A DNA stretch of 64,000 nucleotides, from NCBI GenBank assembly GCA_965200245.1, contig CBDATS010000004.1, positions 32,001-96,000 on the forward strand, in the 5' to 3' direction. A program made the position numbers and the translations under genes. Below are positions 12,987 through 23,631 of the stretch, piece after piece; positions within the stretch are counted from its first letter, which is position 1; every line of letters begins with the position of its first letter. The stretch comes from a bacterium. GTDB lineage: Bacteria > UBA8248. Below the pieces are notes generated by a model. It saw nothing but the letters and a program-made list of their open reading frames with translations, had not been told where the DNA came from and searched no databases.

Positions 12987-13040
12987 CGAGGTTCTCAAGC
13001 CATTCGGGCGCGGCGGTTTCAACGTCGGATTCGGCGAAGC
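12987..13040 (-). repeat. hsdR 5'-end remnant 1 (about 54 bp, nearly identical to 10763-10816)
   Basis: cgaggttctcaagccattcg(g/a)gcgcggcggtttcaacgtcggattcggcgaagc; encodes [17 protein letters not shown]. Confidence 0.9.
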
Positions 13041-13043
13041 GGG

Positions 13044-13463
13044 TCACATCGAGTCCCAGGGGTTTATGACGTCGAGTTCAAGACCGTCGAAATTCCGGAC
13101 GTTTCTCGTCGCAACCGAAAGGGCATGCGCCATGGCCGTTCCCGCGATCAGCGCATCCCCCATATCCAGGAAGCGACCCGCGCGATGCGCCCGCGCTCTC
13201 AGGGCCGCGGCCCGGGCGGCTTCGAGCCGACCCACCGGTAGCATCCGATCCCCGTATTCCGACACGAACGCAGACAACACCCCTTGGATTCTCTCACGGC
13301 GGCGTCCTCGCGGGAGCAGCTCGACACCGAAATTCAGCTCATGCAGAACGACGGCGGAGAGCCACAGATCATCGCGGGCGGCGAGAAACGCCGTCACCCG
13401 GTCATGCGGCACGTCCTTCGTCAACTCCGAGACAACGTTGGTGTCTAGGAGATATCCGCTCAT
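13044..13463 (-). CDS. vapC: Type II TA toxin, VapC PIN domain
   Basis: YLLDTNVVSE, LSAVVLHEL, DALIAGTA, ATRNVRNF, INPW. Confidence 0.92.
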   Translation of the reverse strand: MSGYLLDTNVVSELTKDVPHDRVTAFLAARDDLWLSAVVLHELNFGVELLPRGRRRERIQGVLSAFVSEYGDRMLPVGRLEAARAAALRARAHRAGRFLDMGDALIAGTAMAHALSVATRNVRNFDGLELDVINPWDSM

Positions 13464-13744
13464 TCGGACTCGTCGTCCGTGAACGGGATTTCCCTGCCGG
13501 AGCTTCTCGTACCCGGACTTTCCAGATTCACGCCACGCGGCATGTTCTCGACCAACCATCGTCCCATCGATTTACGGGGCGGTTTTTTCGCATACCACTC
13601 CCCGGCGGGCACGACCACGAAGGGCCGCCTCGTCCCGATATGTTGGGGTCCCTCCTCCTCGGCGAGACGCAGCACTTCCGACAGACGCGCCTTGGCCTCC
13701 GCGACGGTCCAGACTCGATGGGGCTTGGAATGCCGTTCCACCAT
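13460..13744 (-). CDS. Phd/YefM-family antitoxin
   Basis: WTVAEAKARLSEVLRLAEEEGPQHI; overlaps the vapC start (ATGA). Confidence 0.85.
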   Translation of the reverse strand: MVERHSKPHRVWTVAEAKARLSEVLRLAEEEGPQHIGTRRPFVVVPAGEWYAKKPPRKSMGRWLVENMPRGVNLESPGTRSSGREIPFTDDESE

Positions 13745-13765
13745 GATTCCCTCAAAGAAATAATC

Positions 13766-13782
13766 TAGTCCAATATAGACTA
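13766..13782. promoter_or_regulatory. Putative TA operator palindrome
   Basis: TAGTC-N7-GACTA about 20 nt upstream of the antitoxin start. Confidence 0.45.
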
Positions 13783-14065
13783 TGCACCAACCGACATCAA
13801 GACGTGAATGTGCCGGACGTGACACACTGCCGGAAATCGTGACTCAGATGAGGGCAACGGGGTCGACGACGATGGATGACATCCCCTCTCGATGTGAATT
13901 CATTCTTCATTCTCAAGCTCAAGGCCTGTCGATTTCGATTCTCGCCTCAGGAACCAGTTGAGGAATCGCTCTTGCATCCAGTGATGAATACCGGCCACGG
14001 TTGCCCAAAACAGAGATTAACGAGTGTGGCAACAAGCAGACTATTTAATGGCTGAAGCTCCGTAT

Positions 14066-14500
14066 ACGATATCCGGGCGGCGTTTCTGTTTGTTCTCGAC
14101 AACGGTGAACTAGTTGACCGCCAGCCAGTTACTGTTTACAGAGTCGTCGAAATCCACAGCGCGGACTTGCGTGCTGCGGACCGCGTCGTTATCGCCACGG
14201 TATTTGACCGTGACCCGGTCGACGAGAATCCGGTAGAAGGCACGGTTACGAACCTTCAGCGTCGCCTCTTCTGGACGGGTCAATTTGCGGAAGACTTCGT
14301 CGAGCATCACGGTAGGAAGAGCGGGATTGATCCGCGAAAGCGCGTCGCGCAACCGCCTCTCCAGAACGACCTCGCCATAGCCGCTTCGTTCCTCGGTCGG
14401 CGCGCCGGGGCAACCTCGGGGCCATGAGTGACTTTCCAGCCGATGGCCCCAGACACTTGAGAGCGGTTTCCTCAACATCGGATTCGGTAGTGCAGGGTAT
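14066..14500 (-). pseudogene. hsdR 5'-end remnant 2 (about 145 codons, frameshifts and a stop)
   Basis: TESDVEETAL.../[23 protein letters not shown]...FRKLTRPE...NWLAVN*FTVVENKQKRRPDI aligns to the HsdR N-terminus in this window. Confidence 0.9.
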
Positions 14501-14548
14501 GTGTTTTCCTTTCGTTCACACATTCGGGGCTGTGCTACCCGGACCAAA

Positions 14549-15199
14549 TCAAGGATGTTTCGAGCTTTGCGCCAATGTTGCAGGATCGATGCCTTCAGTT
14601 AGTGGCCAATCCGGGTCAGCCAAAGTGCCCGGATAGTTCCTGATACCCAATTCCCTAGCCACTTTCCAAAAGCACGCAAAATCGATCAACTTTATTCTTT
14701 CATAAAAGTCCGTCACAAAATCCCTGTGCAGGCATGGGAGGACTAGAATCAATGGCGAATCTGTTTCGCCCAATTTAAGTTTGTCCTGAGGAAAGCCGGT
14801 TTCTTTTATCAGTTTCTTCGTGTGATCGTTTGGCGCGAACAGAAGGCAACCCCCAAACGACGGCATGTAGGCATGCGAGAACGCATTTCTGTGAATCTCC
14901 ACTACCTTAAACGCGTGTAAAACTTCATGGTCATCACGCAACTGCGGCCACTCATCTAAAAATTTGCGTATCAACTGACCAAGGGATTGATTCGCCCCGC
15001 TCTTCATGAGCAATTCAGTATACTCACGTGACCCCTTACCGGTTTTCTGCATTTCCTCGTAAACTTCCAAGATACCCATATTGCCCTGTTTCAAAGCGCA
15101 TTTGATGCAAAGGAAATCCCGAAGTCTGCTTTCCACCCATCGAAGATACATGAAGCAGCGACCGGAGGAATGAAGATGATGACCAAACTCGCGAGACAT
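14549..15199 (-). CDS. Hypothetical protein with HEPN-type RxxxxH motif
   Basis: 216 aa, AT-rich, GAGGA RBS; WVESRLRDFL, SLGQLI, HRNAFSH. Confidence 0.6.
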   Translation of the reverse strand: MSREFGHHLHSSGRCFMYLRWVESRLRDFLCIKCALKQGNMGILEVYEEMQKTGKGSREYTELLMKSGANQSLGQLIRKFLDEWPQLRDDHEVLHAFKVVEIHRNAFSHAYMPSFGGCLLFAPNDHTKKLIKETGFPQDKLKLGETDSPLILVLPCLHRDFVTDFYERIKLIDFACFWKVARELGIRNYPGTLADPDWPLTEGIDPATLAQSSKHP

Positions 15200-15339
15200 A
15201 GTTCAATTCCTCTTCTTTATCATTCTGACCAACTTTTCTGACTGAGTACAGCACATCTCTGAGAAGCAACCCTCGGTTGTGAAGTTCGACACTATGATAA
15301 CCGATACTGAGACGGTGAAAAGAGAGCACCGCGGTTTCG

Positions 15340-15725
15340 ATATAGTGCCTGGTTTCGCAGCGTCCGGGCCATCAGATCGAGGGTTTCCTGTGCCTCGTCG
15401 AGTCGGCACTCAGCAGACCGCTTCTCGTGTAGTGTATAGCCGCACATTAGATGCTCGCGCAGGGTACGGGTGTATCACTGCCGGAAGCACACACCTCGCT
15501 TGGAATTGACCCGAAACCCGACCGAGACGATGACATCCAGATCATAGTATTTGATTGTGGGGCGGATCCGGTGCCGTCCTTCGGCTTGAACTACCGAGAA
15601 ATCCTCGGCAGTTGACTAGGTCAGCCACACCGTCTCCCGGTCGACATGCACATCGACCCACACCCCGCCGTCTGGGGTTTCGCAGACGACCACTTCGCCA
15701 CAGGGGGGCCACTCGGACGACTCAC
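15340..15725 (-). pseudogene. RhuM-family protein remnant
   Basis: GEVVVCETPDGGVWVDVHVDRETVWLT* ... FSVVQAEG...YYDLDVIVSVGFRVNSKRG ... TRTLREHL; internal deletion, stops and frameshift. Confidence 0.75.
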
Positions 15726-15799
15726 CGATCACGGGCGGTTACCGCTTCCCTTCCGATCCATCTCGCCCTCTGCAAAGCCAATCCGTGGTTGTCGGGCCG

Positions 15800-15985
15800 A
15801 AACCCGGTTTCATTCGCGCCGGCGCGTCTCGAAGACACCCTTCCAAGACAATCACACCGTGATCGGCACGTTCCGTGCCCAGTGTCTCGGGGACGATGTC
15901 GGGGCCACGGGCGATGCACTAGCCGAGGCCCTCAAGCCTTTCAAGGGCGGTGGTTTCGAACCCGGTTCCGTAAGCTGGCTAATTT
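15800..15985 (-). pseudogene. hsdR 5'-end remnant 3 (most degenerate)
   Basis: ETTALERLEGLG*CIARGPDIVPETLGTERADHGVIVLEGCLRDA versus Hsd[46 protein letters not shown]. Confidence 0.8.
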
Positions 15986-16015
15986 CGCCGCCTTTCATTT
16001 TGCTTGGCAAGCGGC

Positions 16016-17052
16016 TCAAATGTCATCGATAGATTCAACGGCCAAGACATCTTTTATCTTGTCGATTGCTTTAGGCGAATATCGGGCGTGTTTCACACGG
16101 CCGATTTTGAACTCCTTGCAGGAATCAGTATCTTCACGCAGTTCTAAGTGTTTGACGAGGGCACCAAGTTTCGGTATCGTGATATTAAGTTTTTCAGCTA
16201 ATTGTCTGGCACCGAGACTGTAGAAGTCGAGTTCGTTCACCCGCCGTACCGCAACGACCGCCCCCGCTTCTTCGCTTTCTTCCAATAAATGTACAGGCGT
16301 TCCCTCATTCTTGGTAAGGCGAAGGTTGAGTGTCGGTCCATCATGGTCCGTGGTGATGTTGATTGAGGCCACGCCGGGAAAGATAGACGACCAAACCTCT
16401 CCATCTGCAAGACGCTTGCAGACCTTCTCCAAATCTCTGTCGCTCGGCTGATCATAATCACCATTCACCGCACTCTCCAGCACTGCCAAGCTTCGCGACT
16501 TGGCGACAGCATCCATCTTCTTTCTGGTTCCAGGGATCAAGAGACCTCTTATTTCCTCGACTTCCTTGTCGAACAGGGCAGACAAGTCCTTCGGTGCTGT
16601 CGTGGATATCGGTAGGACGCGCTCCAGCAATTCGAGCACAAGTTTCTTGTCGAACACATCGTCGTGGATATCGCGAAAAAGCATTACTCCAGCCTTTGCA
16701 TAGAAATACAATTGATGTTCGGAAATATCGACAAGGTAGTGCTGGTCAGCGTTCCTTTGCCCGTTGACCGTTTGCAGCGTGAGTGCTTGCTCGTCGGTCA
16801 GAAACTTCAAATTCGTATCGGTCAAGCCCTTTCGGACGCAGGCACTGAATCCGATGGTTTTCTTCTCGCGGGCCCTTCGTATCTTTTCCTGCCGATGTCG
16901 GATCGCCGCCTTGAGAAGCATCTCGAATGAGTGGTCAAGCAAGATGAGGACGGCCTCCGTCCTGCCGCGGTCCCAGTCCTGTTGAAATGGTCAATCGAGA
17001 GCACTAGCGCGTTAACCGCCTTCTTGCGAAGCTAGCGGACTTCCTTCTTCAT
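16016..17052 (-). pseudogene. DUF3644-like protein, 5' amber stop and frameshift
   Basis: MKKEVR*LRKKAVNALVLSIDHFNR / DRGRTEAVLILLDHSFEMLLKAAI...TIGFSACV; start overlaps the hsdS stop. Confidence 0.65.
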
Positions 17053-18595
17053 GCCACCGTCTCAACCATCTTCTCCACGTCACGAATACGGATTTCGCCT
17101 GAGATGAGCTTGGGGAGGAGTGTATCTCGGGCTTAGGTGAGAGCGCGGTTTTCGTGGATATTTGTACCCAACCACTCCATCAGAGGTTGCACGACACTCT
17201 GGAAGGCGCATGTGATCCGCTCCGAGGGAAGACAACCTCTATATTGCCCCATGGTCTTCCAACTCGTGCGTGGCATTTTGGTGCCCGTCGAGGTTTGGGT
17301 AGTGTAATTCATGAGCTCGCTTGAGGATAGGCAGACAAGAGTGAAGCCAGCCCACTGAGGTGCTCTCAGGGTTACGACAATAATGTCGGTCGAGCAAATG
17401 CCATCCAGTACTGCGACACCAACTTTGTGAAAGTAGGGCCCCCAATTTTCCGAACAGGGATTCTCCCCTTTGAAAACAGTCTTGTTGCTCATAACCTTTT
17501 TTGCGCTTTCCCACTTAGCAAGCGAGATCGATCCCCGCGGCATATGCTCTAACCCGATGTAGGGTGTACCTTCGGCAACATCTGCTGGATTAACTCCGCG
17601 TCTCGGAGAGACTGCAACATCGGCAAGATTCCCTTGCTTCCAGCCTTCTGGTCTGTCCTCATCATTTAGTTTGTCAGGAAACATCCTCCAAACCTCCGGC
17701 GTCAGATAGGATTCCCGTCCTTCCATCCTGGCTTTCACCGGCCCGAAATCAACGAATCAGTCCTTGAAAATCGCCCACGCCATCGCCTCAAGCGTCTTGT
17801 TCATGCGCCGGTTCAGTTCAATCTTGTCGTCCAGCGTACCCAGGATATGCGCGATGGCGCGTTGTTCAAAGAGAGTAGGGACGGATACAGGAAGAGAATA
17901 AAATTCGTCTCGGCTAGTTGACGGAATCGCCGATCCACTATCCATTCCGTTGATATCTTGAGTTAGTAGTGTGTAGCAAGCCCACCGAAGGTCCATTTCG
18001 ATTTTAGGCCTGAGATAGAACGCTGTATCTATGACAAAAACGGGTCGGGAGAATAGTGAACACATCGATACGCTCCCTTTCGACCCACGATAACACCAGC
18101 GCACTTGCATAAAGCTTCATTATGCCAACCAATCGGTCCGTTAGTGCCGAACACGCGAAACGAACCCTGTGCAGTTTCATAACTCCGAATAGCGCACCCA
18201 TATTCAAGTGTTGCTATGCTGCCCCAGTTCGTTTCGTGCCACTCAGCATGCTCCACTTCGCGCTTCACTGGAATTAGAGCCAACACCACATGATCTCGCT
18301 CGATCACCTCCCGAAAGCTCTCGGATGTACTCGCCCAGTCCACAATGTCCACGCGAAACGGCAGGTCGGATTTGGTGAAAGAGGCTTTCAATTCCGCTAT
18401 GTGGTCGATGCACAAAGTTTCGTCTGTCATCAGTGCGAGGTCCAGATCGGATGTCGCCCGTGTAGCCCAGGATACACGCGAACCAAAGACACGCACTTCT
18501 AGGCCGGGCATGTGCTCACATAGAATGCGTCGCACCGTCTCCAGTTCAGCGGGGGCAATGTCAATCTGCCTCACGGTTGCGCTTTCCGAGTTCAT
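17049..18595 (-). pseudogene. hsdS: Minimal nucleotidyltransferase (MNT) domain fused to type I specificity subunit S; one frameshift and two stops
   Basis: VFGSRV...SDLDLAL...DLPFRVDIVDW runs in frame into TRD1; then EQRAIAHILGTLDDKIELNRRMN...IFKD*FVDF...PEGW...RALT*ARDTLLPKLISGEIR. Confidence 0.88.
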
Positions 18596-18675
18596 TTAGA
18601 AGAATATGCATGTCGCGGAGAAATCCGTCCATCGCGTCAACGGTCTGCTCCGCTTGGTCCGCGTTACACGGTTGC
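18561..18675 (-). pseudogene. C-terminal remnant of a HI0074-type HEPN (nucleotidyltransferase substrate-binding) gene
   Basis: NADQAEQTVDAMDGFLRDMHILLNELGKRN overlapping the MNT start, the usual position of the HEPN partner. Confidence 0.45.
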
Positions 18676-18762
18676 CTTTTATGTATGAACAAGAACGACA
18701 TTTGCATGACACTTTTTGCATAAAAGCGAAACGCAAACATGCTTGTGTACCACCAATGATCC

Positions 18763-19884
18763 TCAAGCCCTCTCATCCCCTTCCACAATGGCAAGTAGTT
18801 CGGGAAACGCCAGGATGGCGGCCTTGCGCCCCCGACCTTCAAAGACCGTCTCTAGGATGCCGCCCTCACGTAGGGCGGTCAGAATTCGTCTTGCCGCGGG
18901 CGGTGACTGAATAGCAGGCTGAGTCACGAAATCTGTACTACGAAAAATCGGTCGTTCGAAGATCCAGTCCAGAGCGTAGATGGCATATCGGGAACGGGTA
19001 AGTTCTACGGTGTGGCTCTTCAAAGTATCGTATAGAGAGAGAATTCCCTGCGCTTTGGTGAGATTGTCTTCGGCCTGTTGCCTGACTGCTTCAAGAAAGA
19101 ACCGGCACCAGCCTGTCCAGTCGTCGTCACGAGAGACAGCGAGCAGACCATCGTAGTAGGCTTCGCGGTTAGCTTCAAAATAAGCACTGATATAGAACAT
19201 CGGCGCCCGGATTAGGCCGGATTGCCACAGGAAAAGCGGTACAAACATGCGCCCGAGGCGTCCGTTGCCATCCAAGAACGGGTGCAAGGCTTCGAACTCG
19301 GCGTGCAGAACGGCAAGTTGCACGAGTTTGTCGGGTGCCTCGGCATGGATGTAACGCTCCCATGCGTCCATACCCGAGGGAAGCTCGTTTGCCGCGATGG
19401 GCACGAACCGGGCATCCTCGACAGTACAATGGGGAGAGCCGATCCAGTTGGGGGTGCGCCGATACACACCTGGAGATTTCCCTTGGCCCCGAACCCCGCT
19501 CATCAGGACTTGATGTGCTTCCCGTATGATACGTTGAGAGAGCGGCAACTCTTCCAGAGCTTTTTCTGCTCCGAGCATGGCAGTACGGTAGTTGAGCACC
19601 TCGTGGATATCATCACGGCGTTCAGGCCGGGCAGGTATCTGTCCAGCTTCGAACTGTAGCACCTCGCCCATTGTCGCCTGGGTTCCTTCGATGCGGGACG
19701 AGAGAACGGCTTCTCGCGTGGTCAGCGGCGTAAGCAGGAGTCGCGGATTCGGGACTGCTTCGAGCATGCCGTCATAGCGCGCCAGAGCCGCCACTGCCGG
19801 GCCAATCAACGGGATGAGTTTGGGCCATTCGAGGCGTTCCTCGGGTGGGAACCTACCGATGTGATAGTGGACGGCCGACATCAC
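18763..19884 (-). CDS. Fic-family protein
   Basis: EAVLSSRIEGT and the canonical HPFLDGNGRLGR motif; C-terminal wHTH-like region. Confidence 0.93.
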   Translation of the reverse strand: MMSAVHYHIGRFPPEERLEWPKLIPLIGPAVAALARYDGMLEAVPNPRLLLTPLTTREAVLSSRIEGTQATMGEVLQFEAGQIPARPERRDDIHEVLNYRTAMLGAEKALEELPLSQRIIREAHQVLMSGVRGQGKSPGVYRRTPNWIGSPHCTVEDARFVPIAANELPSGMDAWERYIHAEAPDKLVQLAVLHAEFEALHPFLDGNGRLGRMFVPLFLWQSGLIRAPMFYISAYFEANREAYYDGLLAVSRDDDWTGWCRFFLEAVRQQAEDNLTKAQGILSLYDTLKSHTVELTRSRYAIYALDWIFERPIFRSTDFVTQPAIQSPPAARRILTALREGGILETVFEGRGRKAAILAFPELLAIVEGDERA

Positions 19885-21431
19885 TACCGCCCGAATCCCA
19901 ATTCTTCAAAGTTCACCTTGATGACCTTGCCCAGTCTCGCGCCCTCTGCATGCTGCTCTCCAAGCTGAGTGACGAGCCGCTTCATCTTCTCCTCGAAGGA
20001 CTCATCGTCATCTTCCTGTGGCGGCGCGCCCACGTAGCGGCCGGGGGTGAGCACATAGCCGTGCTTTCGCACCTCCTCCATCGTCACGCTCCTGCAAAAA
20101 CCGGGAACGTCGGCGTCTGCGTTCTCACTGCTTCGCCATGCATGATAGGCACCGGCAATGCGGGCGATATCCTCATCCATCAACTCACGGTGGGTGCGGT
20201 CAACCATACGGCCGAACGTACGGGCGTCGATGGACAGAATCTCACCGACTCGCTTCCGGTCGCGTGCCAGGAACCACAGGCAAGTGGGAATCTGCGTCGA
20301 GTAGAAAAGCTGTCCCGGCAGGGCGACCATGCAATCCACGAGGCCCGCCTCGATCAGGTTCTTGCGAATCTCGCCCTCTCCCGACTGGGCCGAGGACATC
20401 GAACCGTTCGCCAGCACGATACCCGCCACACCACCCGGTGCCAGGTGATGAACCATGTGCTGCACCCAGGCGAAATTGGCGTTTCCCTTCGGCGGAACAC
20501 CGTATTGCCAGCGCTTGTCTTCCGTAAGCCGCTCTCCGCCCCAGTCAGAGACGTTGAAGGGAGGATTAGCGAGAATGAAATCCGCCTTGAGATCCGGGTG
20601 CCGGTCGTCGTGGAAGCTGTCTCCGTGCTCGATCCGGCCCTCGATGCCGCGTATGGCAAGGTTCATCTTCGCCAGACACCAAGTGGTGTAGTTCGATTCC
20701 TGACCCCAGATCGAGATATCACCGTACGCCCTGCCACCGTTGCCGTTGCCGTGTGCCCGGATGAACTCCACCGACTGTACGAACATGCCCGAGGAACCGC
20801 AGCAGGGGTCGTAGACCAGGCCCCGGTAGGGTTCCAGCATCTCGACGAGGAGCCTGACGACGCAGTGCGGGGTGTAGAACTCGCCGCCCTTCTTCCCCTC
20901 TGCACTTGCGAACTGCGACAGGAAATACTCGTAGACGCGGCCCAGAACGTCCCGCGAGCGCGCATCCGCATCACCTACCCGGATGTTGCCGATCATGTCG
21001 ATGAGCTGGCCAAGGCGCACCTTGTCGAGCGCCGGGCGGGCATAGTCCCTGGGCAGTACCTCCTTGACCGCGGGATTCTCGCGCTTGATAGCCGCCATGG
21101 CGTCATCGACAATTTGGCCGATGGAGGGTTGGCGCGCCTGGGCCCTGAAATGGCCCCAGCGGGCATCCGGCGGGACCCAGAAGATGTTCTCGGCGAGATA
21201 CTCGTCACGATCCTCGGCAGCCTCCGCACCCCATTCTGTCAGAACAGAAGCGTGGTGTTCCTCGAAGGCGTCGGAGATGTACTTGAGGAAAATCAGACCC
21301 AGGACGACATGCTTGTATTCCGCGACATCCATCGAGCCGCGCAGGGTGTCAGCCATCTGCCAAAGTTCGCGCTCATGACCTGTCACGGCTCCGGTGTCAG
21401 ATTTTTGGGTCTTTGATCCTCTTCGTGCCAT
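19884..21431 (-). CDS. hsdM: Type I R-M methyltransferase subunit M
   Basis: [47 protein letters not shown]; uninterrupted. Confidence 0.95.
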   Translation of the reverse strand: MARRGSKTQKSDTGAVTGHERELWQMADTLRGSMDVAEYKHVVLGLIFLKYISDAFEEHHASVLTEWGAEAAEDRDEYLAENIFWVPPDARWGHFRAQARQPSIGQIVDDAMAAIKRENPAVKEVLPRDYARPALDKVRLGQLIDMIGNIRVGDADARSRDVLGRVYEYFLSQFASAEGKKGGEFYTPHCVVRLLVEMLEPYRGLVYDPCCGSSGMFVQSVEFIRAHGNGNGGRAYGDISIWGQESNYTTWCLAKMNLAIRGIEGRIEHGDSFHDDRHPDLKADFILANPPFNVSDWGGERLTEDKRWQYGVPPKGNANFAWVQHMVHHLAPGGVAGIVLANGSMSSAQSGEGEIRKNLIEAGLVDCMVALPGQLFYSTQIPTCLWFLARDRKRVGEILSIDARTFGRMVDRTHRELMDEDIARIAGAYHAWRSSENADADVPGFCRSVTMEEVRKHGYVLTPGRYVGAPPQEDDDESFEEKMKRLVTQLGEQHAEGARLGKVIKVNFEELGFGR

Positions 21432-21860
21432 GGCTCTTTCATTCCGCTTTGGGCAAAGAATCACAGAGGGTTTTTACTTCATTGAACAATGGCCATAGCA
21501 ACTCGTCAGACATATCGATAATCGGTTCGTACTTAAATGAGTTAATATGAATATTCTCTAGCGTCATTCTTCAACTCGATCTTTACTCGGCCCATGCTAA
21601 ACTCTCTTACTATAATAATATGTCCCGAGGGGTTTGAAGAATCACATCTTGCCACTGAATTCTTGACTCACGCAAGCAATCCTCCCACGACTTTGAAACT
21701 CCAAAATTCATTCTTGAGGAAAACCGGTATGACTTGTGCCGTGCGTTATGGGGGTTGGAGTCTTACCTCCATAATTGGGCATAGTGTTGAAGAGATACCC
21801 GACCTTCAAGGGAGAAGGAACTACAACCTTCCCCATATGAAATAAATACGACTCATCTTC

Positions 21861-22235
21861 TTAAACCGGAATATACGCCCCGCGGAACTCCAGAAGGTCA
21901 TCGCGCCGGGGACTGAATATCTGGAGGTCCTGGGAGCCGTCCTCAATCGCCTTGAGCCAGTGCTCGACGTTCGACTTGCACACCACCACCTCGCCCGCGC
22001 CGACCTCACACTCGTCCTCACCCTCAACGCGGAACAAGAAGCGTCCGCGCTGGATGAAAGACATCTGCTCGTGGGGATGCCTGTGGGCGGCGACTTCCGA
22101 ACCCTCCGAGAACGTCCAGAGCGCGAGCGTCTGGTTCTCACCCACGATCATCTGCAGTTCGATAACGCTCTCGGGCGGGATATTCTCATGGATGATGCGC
22201 ATTTTCGGAATCTCGTCCCATCGCTGGAAGATCAT
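21861..22235 (-). CDS. Cupin-domain protein
   Basis: AHRHPHEQMSFIQRG...GEVVVCKSNVEH...IFSPRRDD. Confidence 0.85.
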   Translation of the reverse strand: MIFQRWDEIPKMRIIHENIPPESVIELQMIVGENQTLALWTFSEGSEVAAHRHPHEQMSFIQRGRFLFRVEGEDECEVGAGEVVVCKSNVEHWLKAIEDGSQDLQIFSPRRDDLLEFRGAYIPV

Positions 22236-22280
22236 GGTCCCCTCCTTTTTCCTGAAAGGATTGTTCGCCGTATATCGCCC

Positions 22281-23486
22281 CTACCTCACACCCTCCCCCG
22301 CCATGAAGCGAGCGATTTCATCTTCCGGCCAGCCGAGCCATTCCCCGAACACCTTGGCGGTGTGCTGGCCGAGCAGGGGCGGCGGTTTCGCTTCGGCCTG
22401 AGCACCGCTCATGATCCAGGGTGCACTCACCACGCGAATCTCCCCTGAAACGGGGTGCTCGATCTTCTTGATGAGGCCCCGGTGCGCTATCTGGGGGTCT
22501 GCGAGCGCATGCTCGTAGTCGTTCACCACGGCGAAGCCCACGCGCTCGGCTTCCAGGCGCTGCTCCCATTCAGCCATCGTGCACGAGGCGAAAATCCTGG
22601 ACACCCGCTCGTTGATGGCGTCTCTGTTCGCCACGCGCGCCCGCGCGGTGGAGAAACGCTCATCCTCCAGCCAGTCCTCCACACCCAGCGCGCGACAAAA
22701 ACCCGGCCAGAAGCCGTCGTGCTGCACGATGACGGTCACGTACTGCCCATCGCTCGTGCGGTAGGTGTTCGCGGGCACACGCATCGGATTCTCGTTGCCG
22801 TGCCGTCCCGGGGACACGCCCGCCTGGAGCGTCTCACCCATGCGAGGACCGAGAGCGGCCACCATGGCGTCCTGCATGCTTACGTCGATGCAGCGACCCT
22901 CGCCCTCCCTCCTCACCGCGTGAAGCGCGCTCACGATGGCATAGGCTGCGAACATGCCCGCCAGCACGTCGGCGAGCGGTGCGCCGATTTGGGTGGGCTC
23001 CTCCATGCCCGTAACGCTCATGACGCCCGAGACGGCCTGGAGAATCGGGTCGAGCCCTACACGGTCGCGGTAGGGGCCGCTTTGCCCGAAACCAGAGAGC
23101 GAGCAATAGACAATTTTCGGGTTCAGCGCGCGGGCGTCCTCCCAGCCCAAGCCGAGTTCGGCGAGTTTGCCGGGCGCCATGTTCTCGATGAGTGCGTCGG
23201 CCTTGCTTGCAAGGGCGCGCACGGCGGCGCGGCCCGCTTCGGTTTTCATATTGATGGCGACGCTCTTTTTCGATCGATTGTTCGCGTAGAAATAATCCTC
23301 ATGCTCCTCGCGGTCCTTGTAGCGGGTGATGCGGCGCGTATCGTCACCGAAGCCCGGGCGCTCTATCTTCACCACCTCGGCCCCCATGTCCGCCAGCATG
23401 GTGGCGCAGAAAGGTCCCGCTATGACCTGGGTGAAATCCAGAACCCGGAAACCGCTCAATGGCGCTGCGGTATGTGATTCGGACAT
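22281..23486 (-). CDS. Family III CoA-transferase (CaiB/BaiF)
   Basis: PLSGFRVLDFTQVIAGPFCATMLADMGAEVVKIE, NRSKKS, SGFGQSGPY, PPLLGQHT. Confidence 0.95.
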   Translation of the reverse strand: MSESHTAAPLSGFRVLDFTQVIAGPFCATMLADMGAEVVKIERPGFGDDTRRITRYKDREEHEDYFYANNRSKKSVAINMKTEAGRAAVRALASKADALIENMAPGKLAELGLGWEDARALNPKIVYCSLSGFGQSGPYRDRVGLDPILQAVSGVMSVTGMEEPTQIGAPLADVLAGMFAAYAIVSALHAVRREGEGRCIDVSMQDAMVAALGPRMGETLQAGVSPGRHGNENPMRVPANTYRTSDGQYVTVIVQHDGFWPGFCRALGVEDWLEDERFSTARARVANRDAINERVSRIFASCTMAEWEQRLEAERVGFAVVNDYEHALADPQIAHRGLIKKIEHPVSGEIRVVSAPWIMSGAQAEAKPPPLLGQHTAKVFGEWLGWPEDEIARFMAGEGVR

Positions 23487-23631
23487 CTCTCCCTCAACGG
23501 CCGGAAGCGGCGCAGCTTAAGTGTACACCCCCGCATCGCACAGGTTGCGGCACGAATCGACTTCCAATCCTTCGTTCACGGATCGAGGGCAAGGTCGGCA
23601 TCGCTCATGAGTGCTGTTGATAACGACGCTA

